The notes under the pieces: generated by a model | What the model was told of the DNA's origin: nothing | The model's database searches: none | Seen by the model: the letters and a program-made list of their open reading frames with translations, nothing else | Position numbers and translations under genes: made by a program | Assembly (NCBI GenBank): GCA_051362555.1 | Contig: CM120649.1 | Coordinates: forward strand, 13,020,001-13,084,000 | Direction: 5' to 3' | From: Lingula anatina | Lineage: Eukaryota; Animalia; Brachiopoda | DNA length: 64,000 bases | Shown here: piece after piece, positions 1-13,112 of the stretch | Numbering within the stretch: the stretch's first letter is position 1 | How the letters are laid out: every line of letters begins with the position of its first letter

Positions 1-519
1 ACGCAGGGAGTGCTTTGTAAGATTGTTTGCTTGCAGGAATATTTAGTCTTTTATTATGCTAATAATAAAGAAATAGCAACCGTTCGTATGCGATTCATAT
101 TTCACAATAAATGCATTGTAAACAACTCACAAAAAAATGATAAATTTCATTTTACGCCAAAACGACCATTATCACAATTATTCAAGAATCTGTGCTTGTC
201 ATCAGACAACGTGGACCTTTATATATGTGGCTATACCTCCTTATAATGTCTTTTAAAAAATTTATTACAAAAAACTTAACTGTTTAGAAAGAAAACATTG
301 AATTACTCTGAATGTCGGAATCCATGGATTCATTAACCGTTGGTAAGAATGGGAAAATTGCCGTTTTCCCCGAAAAATAATTTATTCGACCAAAATGAAC
401 ACTTGCTATCTCTTTAATCACACTATTAACCTACCCCTTCTGTTATCAAATCAATGTTTGTAGTTCATACAAACCTCGTCTCCATTTTAGCTTAAATCGC
501 GGAGACAAAAATCCAGACA

Positions 520-3500
520 ATGACGGTAAGAAGAGGCATACTGCGGATGTTGGAGGTGAATGAGAATTGTGACCTACCAGAAGACATCACCTTATGGGGG
601 AATCTAGACATCAGCAACAGGCGGATGACTAAACTGCCGTCAAGCATTGACAAGTGTGTTAATCTCAAGCTGATTAACATTAGTGGAAACGAACTGACAA
701 CACTTCCGCCATCAATAGCAAAGCTCAAACATCTTAAATGCTTAGATATCTCGCGGAATCTTTTTAAAGAACTTCCCGTCGACGTGTGCGATGTTCCCTG
801 TTTGGAGGAACTGAATGTTGGTCGAAATCACCTCATTGAGATGCCCCCGGACGTCGGTAGAATGACCAAGTTGAAAACCCTTGATATCTTTATGAATGAG
901 TTTTGTGAATTTCCTGAATACGTTTGCGATTTGACCCAACTGGAAAACCTCGATTTGGGGCGCAACAAAATTGCTAATTTGCCAGAGAGGATCAGAAAAT
1001 TAGCCTCACTCAGAACCTTAAAGATCTATGGCAATGAGTTTACGGAGTTTCCTGAACAGATTTTGGGTTTCACGCTTTTGGAAGATCTAGATGTAAGCGC
1101 CAACAATATCAAGACTGTCCCTGAAGATATCGGACAGCTAACCAGTTTAAAGATTTTTGACATTTCGTGGAACGCTCTGGAAGACTTTCCCATCCACATT
1201 TGTCTCCTCTCTCAATTAATAGATATAAGATTAAATAAAAACAAGATTGGTTGCATACCAAAAGACATCCGCCGGCTTACCGAACTGAAATCGTTGAACA
1301 TTGATCAGAATGTGCTCGAAGAGTTTCCTGTTGACCTATGCCATCTCAAGTCTTTGGAGGCTTTGTCCATGGAGTGGAACAACATCCCGGAAGTCCCTGA
1401 AAGAATCGCCAAATTACAAAAGTTGAAGACAATCAGCCTTAACTACAACAAGATTACCCATTTACCAGAGCAACTTGAACATCTCGGGTCACTTGAAGAA
1501 TTGCACGTAATTGGCAATCCGCTCATTCAACCGCCCGAATCTGTATGCGAAAATGGGAAAGATGCCATCTTCCGTTTTCTACGTGGACTCAGAGAAACCA
1601 GAGCAGTTAAGGCAAGTAGACTGCAATTAAACTTACTCGGGGAACCGACAGGTGGTAAGAGCAGTCTGTCAAAATCGCTTCAGAAAGGGAAACCGATACT
1701 GACGGAGGAGGCGGACAGGACCCATGTGATAGAGCTAGCAGCCTGGAGCCCTGATGAGGAAGTCAGTTTTAACATCAATGACTTTGGTGGCCATGATGTG
1801 TACAAGGTTGGTTTCCCTATCTTCATTCACAAAAACGGCGTTTCTCTTGTCGTATTTGACCTCTCCGCGTATCAGTTCACAAAAGAACACTACGAAAAAC
1901 ATGTTGGCAATTGGGTGCGAACTGTCCAATCACGGACCCCCGAAACTGCCGTCACCATCGTCGGCACGCACCTTGACAAAGTTAAAGAAAGCAAGGCCAA
2001 AGAGATATGTGACGACTTGCACGGGAGGCTGAAGGAATACTTGGACACAAAAGGGAAGTGGATGCAGGATCAGATTTTTAATTTGGAACGCAAAGTTGGC
2101 ATGGAGCAAGTCGCAAACAGCCACCTGTGTAACCTGTATAAACAGAAGATAGAGCATCTTCGCTCATTGGAAAAGGTTGCGACCAACGTGCACAAGAAGA
2201 TATTTCTTGTTAGCTCTGCGGATATGACTGGCTATTCAGAGCTTATTGCTCATCTCATGAGTTTAGCCAAGGAGAGGGGGGTCATTTTACCTGGAATCTG
2301 GGTAAACGTCATGCACGAGATGGAGCGCATTAAGTATGAACCAACGTGCAATACACTAGCCTTGAAAGATGTTGGGAAATATGTCAGAAACGTTTTAAGA
2401 GAGTACCAAGAGTCTCCAGTTGACGAGTACAAAGACACGTGTCCAGCAGGAGGATCCGAAGTCGCAGATGGCCCAAAAGGAGATGTCAGTATATCGGAGG
2501 AGGACATTGCATGCGCCGTTGAGGACATCCTAAGGTACATGTCAAGCAGCGGAGAAGTGATATGGTTTGATACCAGCACCACCCTGCGCCAAGTGATTTT
2601 TCACAAGCCAGAACTACTGGCTGACCTTTTGAAATCCGTATTGAACCACGACGTGGACCAGATAAAACAGAATCTCCTCGCGAAGCACACTTACAGCAAA
2701 AATACGTTTGAGAACATTTTACAAGACGTTCTGCTGAGAGGCATCATTTCCAGGGACGTGATGAGTAGACTTTGGCACTCATTCCAACTGTCTACCGGGG
2801 AACAGAACGCTATGATAGAGCTGATGCAAAACCTGGAGCTGTGCTATAGAATAGAAGGCGCCAGTTCTGTTGCCAAAAACAGCGACACCTTCCACTTTCC
2901 CTGGCTGTTGACCGAGACCAAACCACACGACTTGGAAAGTCCTCGAAAATGGCCCGAAAAGTTCTCGCCTGACACCTTCCAGCTGAGTCTGGAAACACAC
3001 ACCCCCTATCGGTGTCCGGACGGGCTGTTTGAGAAGCTTTCAGTGAGACTGCACAAACACCTGGGTATGTTCACCAAGAGAAGATGTGACTGGAAAGACG
3101 GCGTGTATGCCGAATCTGCCGCCGGTACTATCCATCTCCGCCGCCACCAGGACAGTAGCGACTGGGTGATCACAGTTGCCGTGCGGGGCAAACAGCTCCC
3201 ACGCCTGTGGGAGATGCTTTTGAAGCTGCATCGAGACCAAATGGACATCTTGCAGTATGAATGGCCCGGAGTGTCCTATGACAAGTACCTGCTGTGCCCG
3301 CACTGCGTCCGGGAGTCGAATCCATTTCCTACCACGTTTCCGGGCGAGATATTGGACGACCCAGAACAAGATGTCCTTGAGGATTTCTTGCCGTGTGATT
3401 TTGCCCCCGATGGGTGTATTCCGTCAACCCTAGTGTACCCAGCAATATCAGGTAGCGTACGGATGTAGACATGTACTTTATGCACTTTAATATATATAGT

Positions 3501-4071
3501 CATTGTTTCTATGTACTGATAATTTGGTATGATCATTATAATGATTACAAAGGTACATATGTAGACATTATGGGACTTGCACCTTAAACGATCAACGTCA
3601 TTCGATTGGCCTATACAGATATTTAATGTTTTTCCGCAATTCAAATGAATTAGCTGAAGTGTGAATGTCTTTCCCATACAGCAAGAGAACAGTACAAATG
3701 TTGCACATTATCATTTCCTATGTGTTTTCACTTTCACTCGTGAAGAGTGTAAAGATTTATACCTCCAGTTCTATTTTTCAGGACACCATGGCATGACGAA
3801 AGAACACAAGAACATGCTGCGGGGAAACAGGGTGGATTTCGTGATGAGCCTTACAGAGCCTGGCGTGAGAGAAATACTGGACAGACTCAGAGGCGAAGGC
3901 ATCTTCACCAGTGCTGAAGCTGAGCTGATCGTAGAGTGCTGCACACAGCAGGAAAGAGCAGAGACGCTACTGGACATCATAAGGTCCAAGGAAGATAGGG
4001 CGTTTTTCATCCTGCGCGATTATCTCAAAAACAGCGGTCAGAAGCATCTTGCTAACTTGCTGAGTAAGTAG
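520..4071 (+). CDS. MFHAS1: Roco protein, MFHAS1-like: LRR-ROC GTPase-COR with C-terminal CARD/death-fold domain (2 coding exons, ~1073 aa)
   Basis: Exon 520-3451 (in-frame TAA at 493-495 upstream of the ATG; donor G|GTAGCG) joins exon 3782-4071 (acceptor tttttcAG) in phase 1. About 14 LRRs of 23 aa, P-loop GEPTGGKS (1639-1662), DFGG, IVGTHLD, and COR motifs LMQNLELCY, HFPWLL, PDGLFEKLSVR, WPGV..YLLCPHC. Last exon MTKEHKNMLRGNRVDFV...LLDIIRSK...HLANLL is CARD-like. The symbol denotes family likeness; orthology is not established. Confidence 0.88.
3782..4071 (+). CDS. Terminal exon encoding CARD-like domain of the Roco gene
   Basis: Frame-compatible splice from 3451; ~95-aa helical death-fold pattern (L..NR..L, ILD.L...GIFT..E.E.I, RA..LLD.I..K...AF); AATAAA at ~4540. 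Confidence 0.8.
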
Positions 4072-6208
4072 GATGGCGACCTGTTTGTAGATATTGGATA
4101 AACGGCATACATATATATATACACCGTGTGTGCAAGTGTGTTGTATTGAGCGTTATTTGAATGGCTTGGGCAAAATTACTGCATAATTATTATAACCTGC
4201 TTTGCAGTGGATATTTATAGGGAGGATATCGAACAAAGTCAGCCTATGCTGTCTTGTATAAAAAGTTTAAACAATAGTTGTTTTTATTTTGCTTTTATTC
4301 ACTTATGCTACAGTCTGTGGTTTGTTATGTTTTTTTTTATACTGGATATGTGTTCATTCAGATAGGTAGAACAAATTTTGTATGTACGCGTACCATGTGC
4401 TAAGCGCTATATTTATAGGAATGTATGTATGTGTGTGTTGTATTTTACGTTTGTAAATGATATCGTAAATTAATATAAATGCTTATTAGAATGTATGTAA
4501 TTTACGTGAGCGTATTGTATTTTACGTTTATGATTTGTGAATAAAATGCTTATTGTGCAAAATAAGGTTATTTTGACAGTTACACATACTGCCTTTTATA
4601 GCTTCTCTCACTCTTTCTGCATTAGGCTACTTTAATCAAGAAAGTCTTCGCGTGCTCTTAACCAAAGAGAAGAATTTCGTGCCATAAATCCAACTTGTAA
4701 AGATCCAAGTTTCAGAACTTTGAATTATCATATCTTGATTTTACAGTGTATTTTATTGCGTAAGGTTTTTGAGGCGTCCAACAGTGACTGTTAATACTTG
4801 TACTACTGAATGCTGCAGACGCGTGGTGTCCTTGCCTGGTTTGGGCTGATCCCTAGAAAAAATATTATTTAATGACAACTCCCAGAAATCCGTCATAAAT
4901 TGCTTCATTTAAGGGCAGACTGTCAATCATCTTGACGCAATCGAACACCAAAAATTTTATAAGTAAGTATAAATGCGTAAACCAAGGGACGGAAGAAAAA
5001 TAAAAATAAACTTTTGAATTTAAATATATTTTATTGATATCAATAATTGTATGAGCACAGTTTTAACACGTCTAATTGAGCTAAATTGAGCAATTGGATG
5101 AAAATTAAAAAGGCTAGAAAAGCTTTCTTAGCAAGACCAGTAAGTGATTGTCAAACTAAAAGATAATCATCAATTTGTCAATTTGACACTTGAATTTTCT
5201 TTTATAAATTGATATCGTAATTTATATTTCTTTTGCAATCATGTTGATTTTTCGGTAAAGGCAAAAAAAAAAAAAAAAAAAAAAAAATGAGTCTTTCAGC
5301 CTGAAAAATTACTTCCGATAGGGTACAAATGAAAGATTTACTGTATATGTCAGAAAACAAGCATTGCATTAAGCACAATCAGTACTGTCATTCTGAGTAC
5401 AGGTAGTTTATAGAAAGATTAATGCACTGCAAATAAGAAAAAATGAAAACATAACAATATTTCAATTAATTAGATACGTTAAATTCACCATAGTCTCTCT
5501 CTCTGTGCTGTCAATGCCTCTCCACACACCACGTGCACATCACGTGCAGGCCACGTGGGGACCACATGACCCAACTCTGATGTCTTATGTTACAATATTT
5601 GGCACTTATAGAAACTCACCTAGTCGCGTATAGATTTAACGTTACAGTAAATATACACACGACACATTGCCCAACGATTTTGCATTATGTTTAACTTATT
5701 GGACAATTAAAAATATCTGTGCGGAGAAAAGAAACAGAGGCAAGATTGCTGAGATCAAATTTAGAAAATTGAGCACGGCATCCTATACAGAATGTAAAAA
5801 GATAAAAACTATTATATAGACACGCTAAAATTATATGCCATAATTACTCCAAACGTGTTTCTTTTTGGTGATTTTGATTTTTCTCATGTTCATTGAACCA
5901 TATTGCATAAGTCCAAAACAAACATTTTCATTGAGCAAATGCCAGCTATGAGACAATACAGTCCTCAAATATAGATACACGTACGACAACTTGAAATACA
6001 ATACAATATTAGGCAGTCACACTGCATAGCCGATTCGTGTTACATGTACCATTTACACATTGGTACATCTTAGTGTAATAAATACTTTAGCATTCCCGCC
6101 ACGGAAAAGAGAAGTTGAGCAAAAGTGTTTGTTGACTAGCGTTATGCGAATTTAGCTTCACAAACATCATAGCGCAGATGCATTGTATAATATGTATATC
6201 ATACATTA

Positions 6209-6209
<1 letters not shown>

Positions 6210-6278
<69 letters not shown>
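6210..6278. repeat. (TA)n microsatellite
   Basis: Direct observation. Confidence 0.95.
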
Positions 6279-6280
<2 letters not shown>

Positions 6281-6536
6281 TTATGCATACCGGTATGTCA
6301 TACGATCAAATGGGTCGAACTGTTTAACACCCCGCACTCAGTACATAAATTATAGGGGTATGACCAGAAAAATAATTTGTTTTGGGGGAAAAAACTTTGT
6401 CAACAAGCCTCAAGTTCGAGTGGTGTAACATTCAAGAATCAACTGGTGAAATGCATCTAGCGACTGATTGATTGATTGAACAATCTACGAATCAACCGGT
6501 GATGTCTACTTATCGATATTCTGATTGGTCGAATTT

Positions 6537-7821
6537 CTACGAATCAACTGGAGACATGTAGCGCCCGGACATGAGTCGGAGAGACGCAATATCTGGGGGA
6601 TCGAATTGCGACGCTCTGTAATTGGTTTCCGTTTTAAAACTTTGTCCATTATTTTGTCCATTAAGTCCTGTTAAAGAGGGTAAAGAGGTACCGCCGGAGG
6701 TCGTCTGAGAGCCTCTAGCGTTTGGGTTCCAGGTTGGGAGATGCTGGGCCCAGGGTTGACGTATACTTTTATCTAAGAACGTATCAGGGTAGTTGAACGC
6801 TTTAAAGCCTGTGGGATCGCGGCCGTTGAAGTGAAGGGTTCCGACAGACGTCCAGTTTGACCCCGTGAAGGCCCGTGGTCTGTGAAGCTGGCGATCGATC
6901 TCCGCAATGGCGGCTGGAGCTTTCCACGCTGAAAACAAGAGTATGGAAAATTAGCAGCTTTCATAAAATAAGTTTTTACCTTGAAGACTGCTTTGCATAC
7001 CGCTCTTTTTTCTTTTATATTATTCAATCTTTCATATAAATTTCACAGTTTCCTTTTTTCAGAAACACTTTAAAAGATAAAAAGTCGAGACAAGAACAAA
7101 AAACATCTACATCAAAATTAGTAAATACTTCAGTAATGATAAGTGATAAATATATCAGTAAACAATCAGATCAAACGACTGATTAACTTGTTATTAACTA
7201 TTTAAATAAGTTAATAAATAACCGGCATACCTTGTCTTATAAAAGGCAGATCCCATTTTGGATCGTGCATTGCGCGCGCACCCGGAAATTCGTAGGGCCA
7301 TGGCTTGCGGGCTCTCTCTGGCACAGTTGGAGGATTGAAACTCTCAGAAACCCAGTCTGGGTGAATGAGATAGAATCCTCTCTGATTATGTGTGTTCTGG
7401 AATGGTAATAGTGCATAACAGTGAACGAAAGTCGGAATTTTTTTTCTTCAGTGATTTTTTTGGTAATGCTTTGTTTTAGTTCACTCAATTTATTTGATTT
7501 TTCACTCTATGTTTATCAAATTCATTATATTTCATTATTCACTATTGTTTGTACTTATATTTAATTACATATTTCACTATGTTTAATTTCAATTTTTCTT
7601 TATACTTCATGAAGTATACTTACGTGGAACAAGCAAGCATCGTGGCGATATTCCCACTCCAGCTCATCAAATGACATGGTAGGATTGCGATTCCTGAAAA
7701 TATACGAAATTGTAAATGTGATTGAAATATTGAGTTACGTATGCAATATAATATATGGCACTGTGTGTGTTTATAGTGTGTGTGAAACGGGGAATAAGAC
7801 TTAACTGAAATAATGTCTTTT

Positions 7822-7869
<48 letters not shown>

Positions 7870-9768
7870 TTTGTTGGCAGACCGGCATATATCAAACAGT
7901 TGGAGTTTATTCTAAGAAAATACATATACTTGAAGCCAAGTCTGTATGTGTAGGCCTATATTAAGATAAGCGAAAATAATGGGTGTACTGGTTTTTAGGT
8001 CAGATTAGTGCGCTCTCTCTCTCTCCCTCTCTCTCTCTCTCCGTACTTTTACAGGTGAGTGTGCGGGTGTGTTTTTGATTGTCTGTGAAGCAACTGGGAG
8101 GACCAAAAAGATTTAGCCGAGATGCGTTTTTGAAATCGACGTGACAACTACAAGTACATAAACTATCGTCCCTTATCGTCTAAAACAGTCCTTCACACAG
8201 TAAAGTCGATACTATTTCGATACTTGATTTATTGGACCATTTCAATGTGGAGAGTAAGTCAACACACTGCCTAGCTACAAAGCTTTCTTCTTCCATGTAA
8301 CTTATCGCCTGTGTGTTAGCTAAGTTGTTAAATCTGGACTGAGAACATATGAGTGGTTATTTATGAACAGACTATTGTTATAGTTAAGAAATACGTTCCA
8401 TTAAATTATTTCTGAAAGACACGTAAGTTGACAATATAATTAATGAATGAAATATGAATAAATAATTTAATAAACGACGAAAGAGACGGGAAAATGAAAT
8501 AATATTTATGATAATAAAAATATATATACAAGTTTACGTTTCAATTAAAAAATTCCAAGAAAAAATAAAATTCAAAGTTATGTTGACACATAAAAATGTA
8601 AAAAAAAAATTTTTTTCAAAAGATAACTGAAATCAAGCAATCGAAAAAGGGCTGGAAAATGTAAATAAAAAGGATGAAAAAACACCATGGAAAATTGTCA
8701 AGTGTCGTCACAGTAAGCCATGACTCTAAATATTTGCATATTTCATTCACCACGCGCAGGGTCCAGACATAATACAATAAACCAGGTGCTTTGATAACGC
8801 TGTTGGTGACTCTATTTAAATTGTGTACTCACGCGCTTTTACATGTAAACAGCTTAGCATAATAAACCTCCCATAGTTTCTTTGATATGGAATGCCTCCC
8901 CCCACCATGCGTCATTGTATAAAAACCGGTGCAAATACGATAAAGGTTGAATCGGTTCCACAGCAGAAGAGAAATTTATGATACAAAATGGTCCAAATTA
9001 TATTTGCAAATTTCGATGCCTTTTTTTTTTTCGATGTCAAATAAACTAGATTGCGTCAACGTATTGATTTGCATTTGTAATCAAAGTTTTGTTTATGCGA
9101 TGTCACGTTAGCAATTTCCAGTATATGGCGCTTTACGAAGCAGCAAGTGCATCGCATACCCACATTAGATAGTTGAATACACTGTATAAAAGCAGGCACT
9201 CAATTAACTGAAATGGTGTTATGCATTTTTCATTTATTATCGGACATTTTCTTGATTTGTGTTTAAATAATTAATGTGCGAGGCGTCGCAAGTGGAAACT
9301 TATCTTGGATATTTATCGTTAGACGGGGGGATGGCAATAGGTTTTCCATTAAAAATGTACAGAACCTGGCAAAATTAGCCAAGGTTTCAGTCTATACAAC
9401 CTAAGTAAAAATTGCAATACGCTAGGCACGGTGAATAGGCTCATTATATGTTAACAATGACAATTGCTGACAATTTTTCAGGAGTGCTTGTCATTATTTT
9501 CCGTTATCGTACAATCAAAATATAGAAATACCTTCAATTGAAATATCGAATTACATGTCAAAACTTTCAAATGGCGACTCAAGTTGAAAAAGCGTGGTTC
9601 AGCAATCAGGTCCAATTTGCAATTAGCTATCAACGATAGCTCTCAATGAGTGAAAGCGATACTCAGTGTTACAATTTCTCTAATAATGCAGCGTGTCACT
9701 TACCATAGTCCACCAGTTGTGGCCGGGCGTTGAACAGCCACGGGTCCCTCGAATCCAGCATGAGGCAT
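6537..9768 (-). CDS. Uncharacterised protein, 4 coding exons (~230 aa)
   Basis: Exons 9768-9704 (MPHAGFEGPVAVQRPATTGGLW, donor GTAAGT), 7693-7624 (NRNPTMSFDELEWEYRHDACLFH, GTAAGT), 7396-7231 (NTHNQRGFYLIHPDWVSE...DLPFIRQ, GTATGC) and 6928-6537 (AWKAPAAIAE...SPVDS*). All introns are GT-AG, phases 2/0/1 are compatible, and the 693-nt frame is open. Confidence 0.72.
7821..7872. repeat. (ATTT)n microsatellite
   Basis: Direct observation. Confidence 0.9.
8833..8915 (-). CDS. Possible alternative first coding exon of the uncharacterised gene
   Basis: ATG at 8915, open frame MTHGGGRHSISKKLWEVYYAKLFTCKS, donor GC|GTGAGT in the same phase (2) as exon 9768-9704. Confidence 0.35.
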
Positions 9769-12700
9769 TACGGCTGATTATTAGATTTGATTGAACACTC
9801 GGAGATATTGTCACTTCGAGTTCAGCAGGACCGCGCCATCGTTCCACTGACCATTGTTTCCATGCACGCAATTCACGTATCCAAGCCGGTCACGTGATAC
9901 AACAGGTGCGACGCCCGGTAGATGGCGATGCAATCCACCTGTTACCTGTTGGGTTGAACTTTGATCCCATGAGTTTTTACGGTGAGAGTGTTTATTTGTA
10001 CACCTGTGCAGCTTACGTATATCGTTTATATGCCAGGCAAAAAGAACGTAACTTAATATATTTATCGTATTGGAAATCCATTGTTTCTTCCGATAATTTC
10101 ACGCTTTATATTCTTTTATCGCTTTTTGGTGAAAAAAGCCTAGTCGAAACAAGTTTATGAAGGCAAATACCGGTTTATCGTCTCTTCGATAACATATTGC
10201 TCCTGGAATTTGAAAATAATGAAAACATCTTCATCAAGGTAATTGTGTGTCACTTTTCGGAGTTAAAATTCGCAACATAAATACATTGTGCGACTCAACT
10301 GTCCCCTGACGTTTGTTAAGACGTTTGTTTGATAAAAATTTATAAATATATAAATGAATAAAAAATAAACAAATGTCGATTGTGGAGTTGCCCCGGGTAC
10401 TGTAAGACCATACGAGCAGTTTTGAGAAGCAGGAACCCAAGAGGGGGGCTTAAAAAAACAAAATGTATGAATTGGAGAAGCAATATTGTGACGTGGCTTT
10501 TGAAAAAATTTGCTATAATCCTACCGAGGAGACAGCACTTTTTGATGAAAGGGTATGACAGTGGATGGTGCCATGCCGGGTAAGCTATTGACTCTATTCA
10601 AGTAAGAAGAGGTGCGATTTCCCTTCAAGCAATTGCGAAGATGCGAATTTTATGAAAAACATTGGGGAAATAAAGCCGCCGGTGATACTATTTCTTTTCT
10701 TCTTTTTTTTTCTTCTGAACGCGGTTTTCAGGTGGTATGACTTGGTACTATACCGGGAAAGTTACTGAATCAGAGATCATAAAGAAGGCAGGATTTTACT
10801 TTTGAAATTGGTGTATTGATTAATAGCTTTAATTAATATGTGTATTGTACAATACGTAATAACTACAGCGGTGTCGTATTATATGCGACAGACGTGACCG
10901 CAAGCTTAAGAAATCATGCCTTTTTTTCCACTGCCTGTGCTCGGCAACAGGGCCTATGTCGTGCGTTATCATTCTTCGTTTCTTTTCTTTCTTTCCTTAC
11001 TTATTCTTCGTTTAGAATATTTCAGAATGCCAACGTGATATATGAATCGGTAAAATCTGAAAATCTTAGAAGTAAAGCATCGACGATAAAAAATTCTTCA
11101 AAGTTGAATCGGTAACACACATGTAAAACAACCAGTAGACCAAAAATATATTTGTAAAACTGCAGTTCAATGAAAAGCCATTAAGTCCAAGTATACTTGT
11201 ACTGTATTCCAATAATATTTATTCAATATTTACAGACTGTAAAATCATTTGCTACTCATACTCTCCTTTATTGCCCTCAGCCCTCTACATTTCACCAAGT
11301 GCCCGTGCATTCTAATTTCCAAATTTATCAATATATATTCTCATCCTCTCTATGATCATCAAACTCGAGCTCCAGATTCAAGCAGACGATCTTGTCAATT
11401 ACAAAGATTGACCTAAATAGAAAATGTCTGTAATGACCTAGATAAAAAAAAAGGTCTGTATCTAAGCAGTGTCAACCCGTCCGCCTAGATATGCGGGTAA
11501 TATGGAGAAGGTTTTAAAACCAAGAAAATAGACAGAATCAGATCTGAAATTCTGAATAAATGATATAACATTGTTATACCGTATACTGGTGGTGATTTCT
11601 TTACTATTTTAAATGATAGCAGAGATTGTACCACGGTTAGATGATGCAATTTATAGCTCGTAGTGACATTTAAGCTACATAGAGCATAGAGTTATATGCA
11701 AGTAATGTAAGTACTACAGATAGCCTACAGTACGGCTTTAATAATGACACTAGAGTTAAAACACCTACGTACAAATATGAAAGAGAACGATTAATTATTA
11801 TCAAAACGTATGGTTTAATTGATATGAATTGTTTAAAGAAAGGTATGCTACAGCAAATGAGCAACAGTAATGTAAGGTGTTAATCTTGTTTCCGGCCTTT
11901 TTTTTTTTTTTTTTTGCCAAACATGTCACTTAGCAGCACTGGCGTTAAACGACAATTTCTTTAAAATATGCATACAATTTAGTATCGCAATTTCACAGAG
12001 AACCTGATCTTTAATCACAGCAGATGCATATGCATAATTCACTAATTTGTGTTTTTATCATAATCTCGGGTTAAGTACTCGTCCCTTTCACCTTATACCT
12101 ATACTAGCAATTTAAGATAGTACAAAAATATACCAAAAAATAATGAAATTGAAACAAATCTATATATGTTTCTTAAGATAGTGCAACAAAATAAAACAAT
12201 AATTCTGAACATATTACATCTGGACCCCGTTCAAAAATAAGAAATGGGGAATAAGCGTGAAGCCGCTTGCGTAGAAATAGGAAGAAAATGCATGTTGAAA
12301 GGAATGCGTAAAATAAGATTCAATGCGTAGAGTTAGCCATTATGGAGATGACATACAAGTATTGAGCAAGGGCATAGGTCTCATGAAAGACAATATTTTT
12401 GTCAAAATCTTATATCTTATAACGAATAATTCCATGTAAACAATCTTTCTGTAAAGCGGGCTTCAGGAGTCACATTTTGATACGCACAAGCCGACATGCT
12501 GTAATAACGACGAAAAATGAAGCTAACTACTATTTGTCATACATTATGTGATAATAGTAAAAAAATATAAACATAAAGGATGATCAAAATGTTGCTAGTT
12601 GCAAGCAGCGCCACCTAACGTCGCTGTGTTACAAAACACCATTACAGTCCATCCTGGACTGGCTTTTCAATATATGAAATAAAACTAATATGATGCGTAG

Positions 12701-13112
12701 ATAACAAAATTGTCTAAAAGTCTCTCTTTCTCTACATATCCTTAATGAAGGCGAAAAGAGGCAAAGACACCAGTAATTGTTCTGACAGCACCTGATCATC
12801 AGTCGTAAACGCACATATGTACGTAATGCTGTCATACGGGTGTCTTGCAATATCATTTAACCACCATATACTTTCCGTCATAAGTTTCACTGCCATGCTG
12901 TTACACAGGTTGGACAAGGACACGTGATACTTTTATAATTTCGTGACATTTTTCTGTAGCCAGCACAGAAATTAATGGAAATAATACGAAACCAGTGGTA
13001 AACTAAATCTTTAAAGGACAAAACTGCTTCTGTAAGTCTGAACAAGAGACTAGCTAAGAGATCAGAGCTTCCTGACAATTTAACCCCAAGGGGCGAATCT
13101 TGGTACACAGTT

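Noticed and set aside
9894-10600. Possible divergent plus-strand transcript (donor-like GTGAGA at ~9982, GTAAGC at ~10580)
   Set aside because: No consistent ORF or exon chain; cannot be supported without RNA data.
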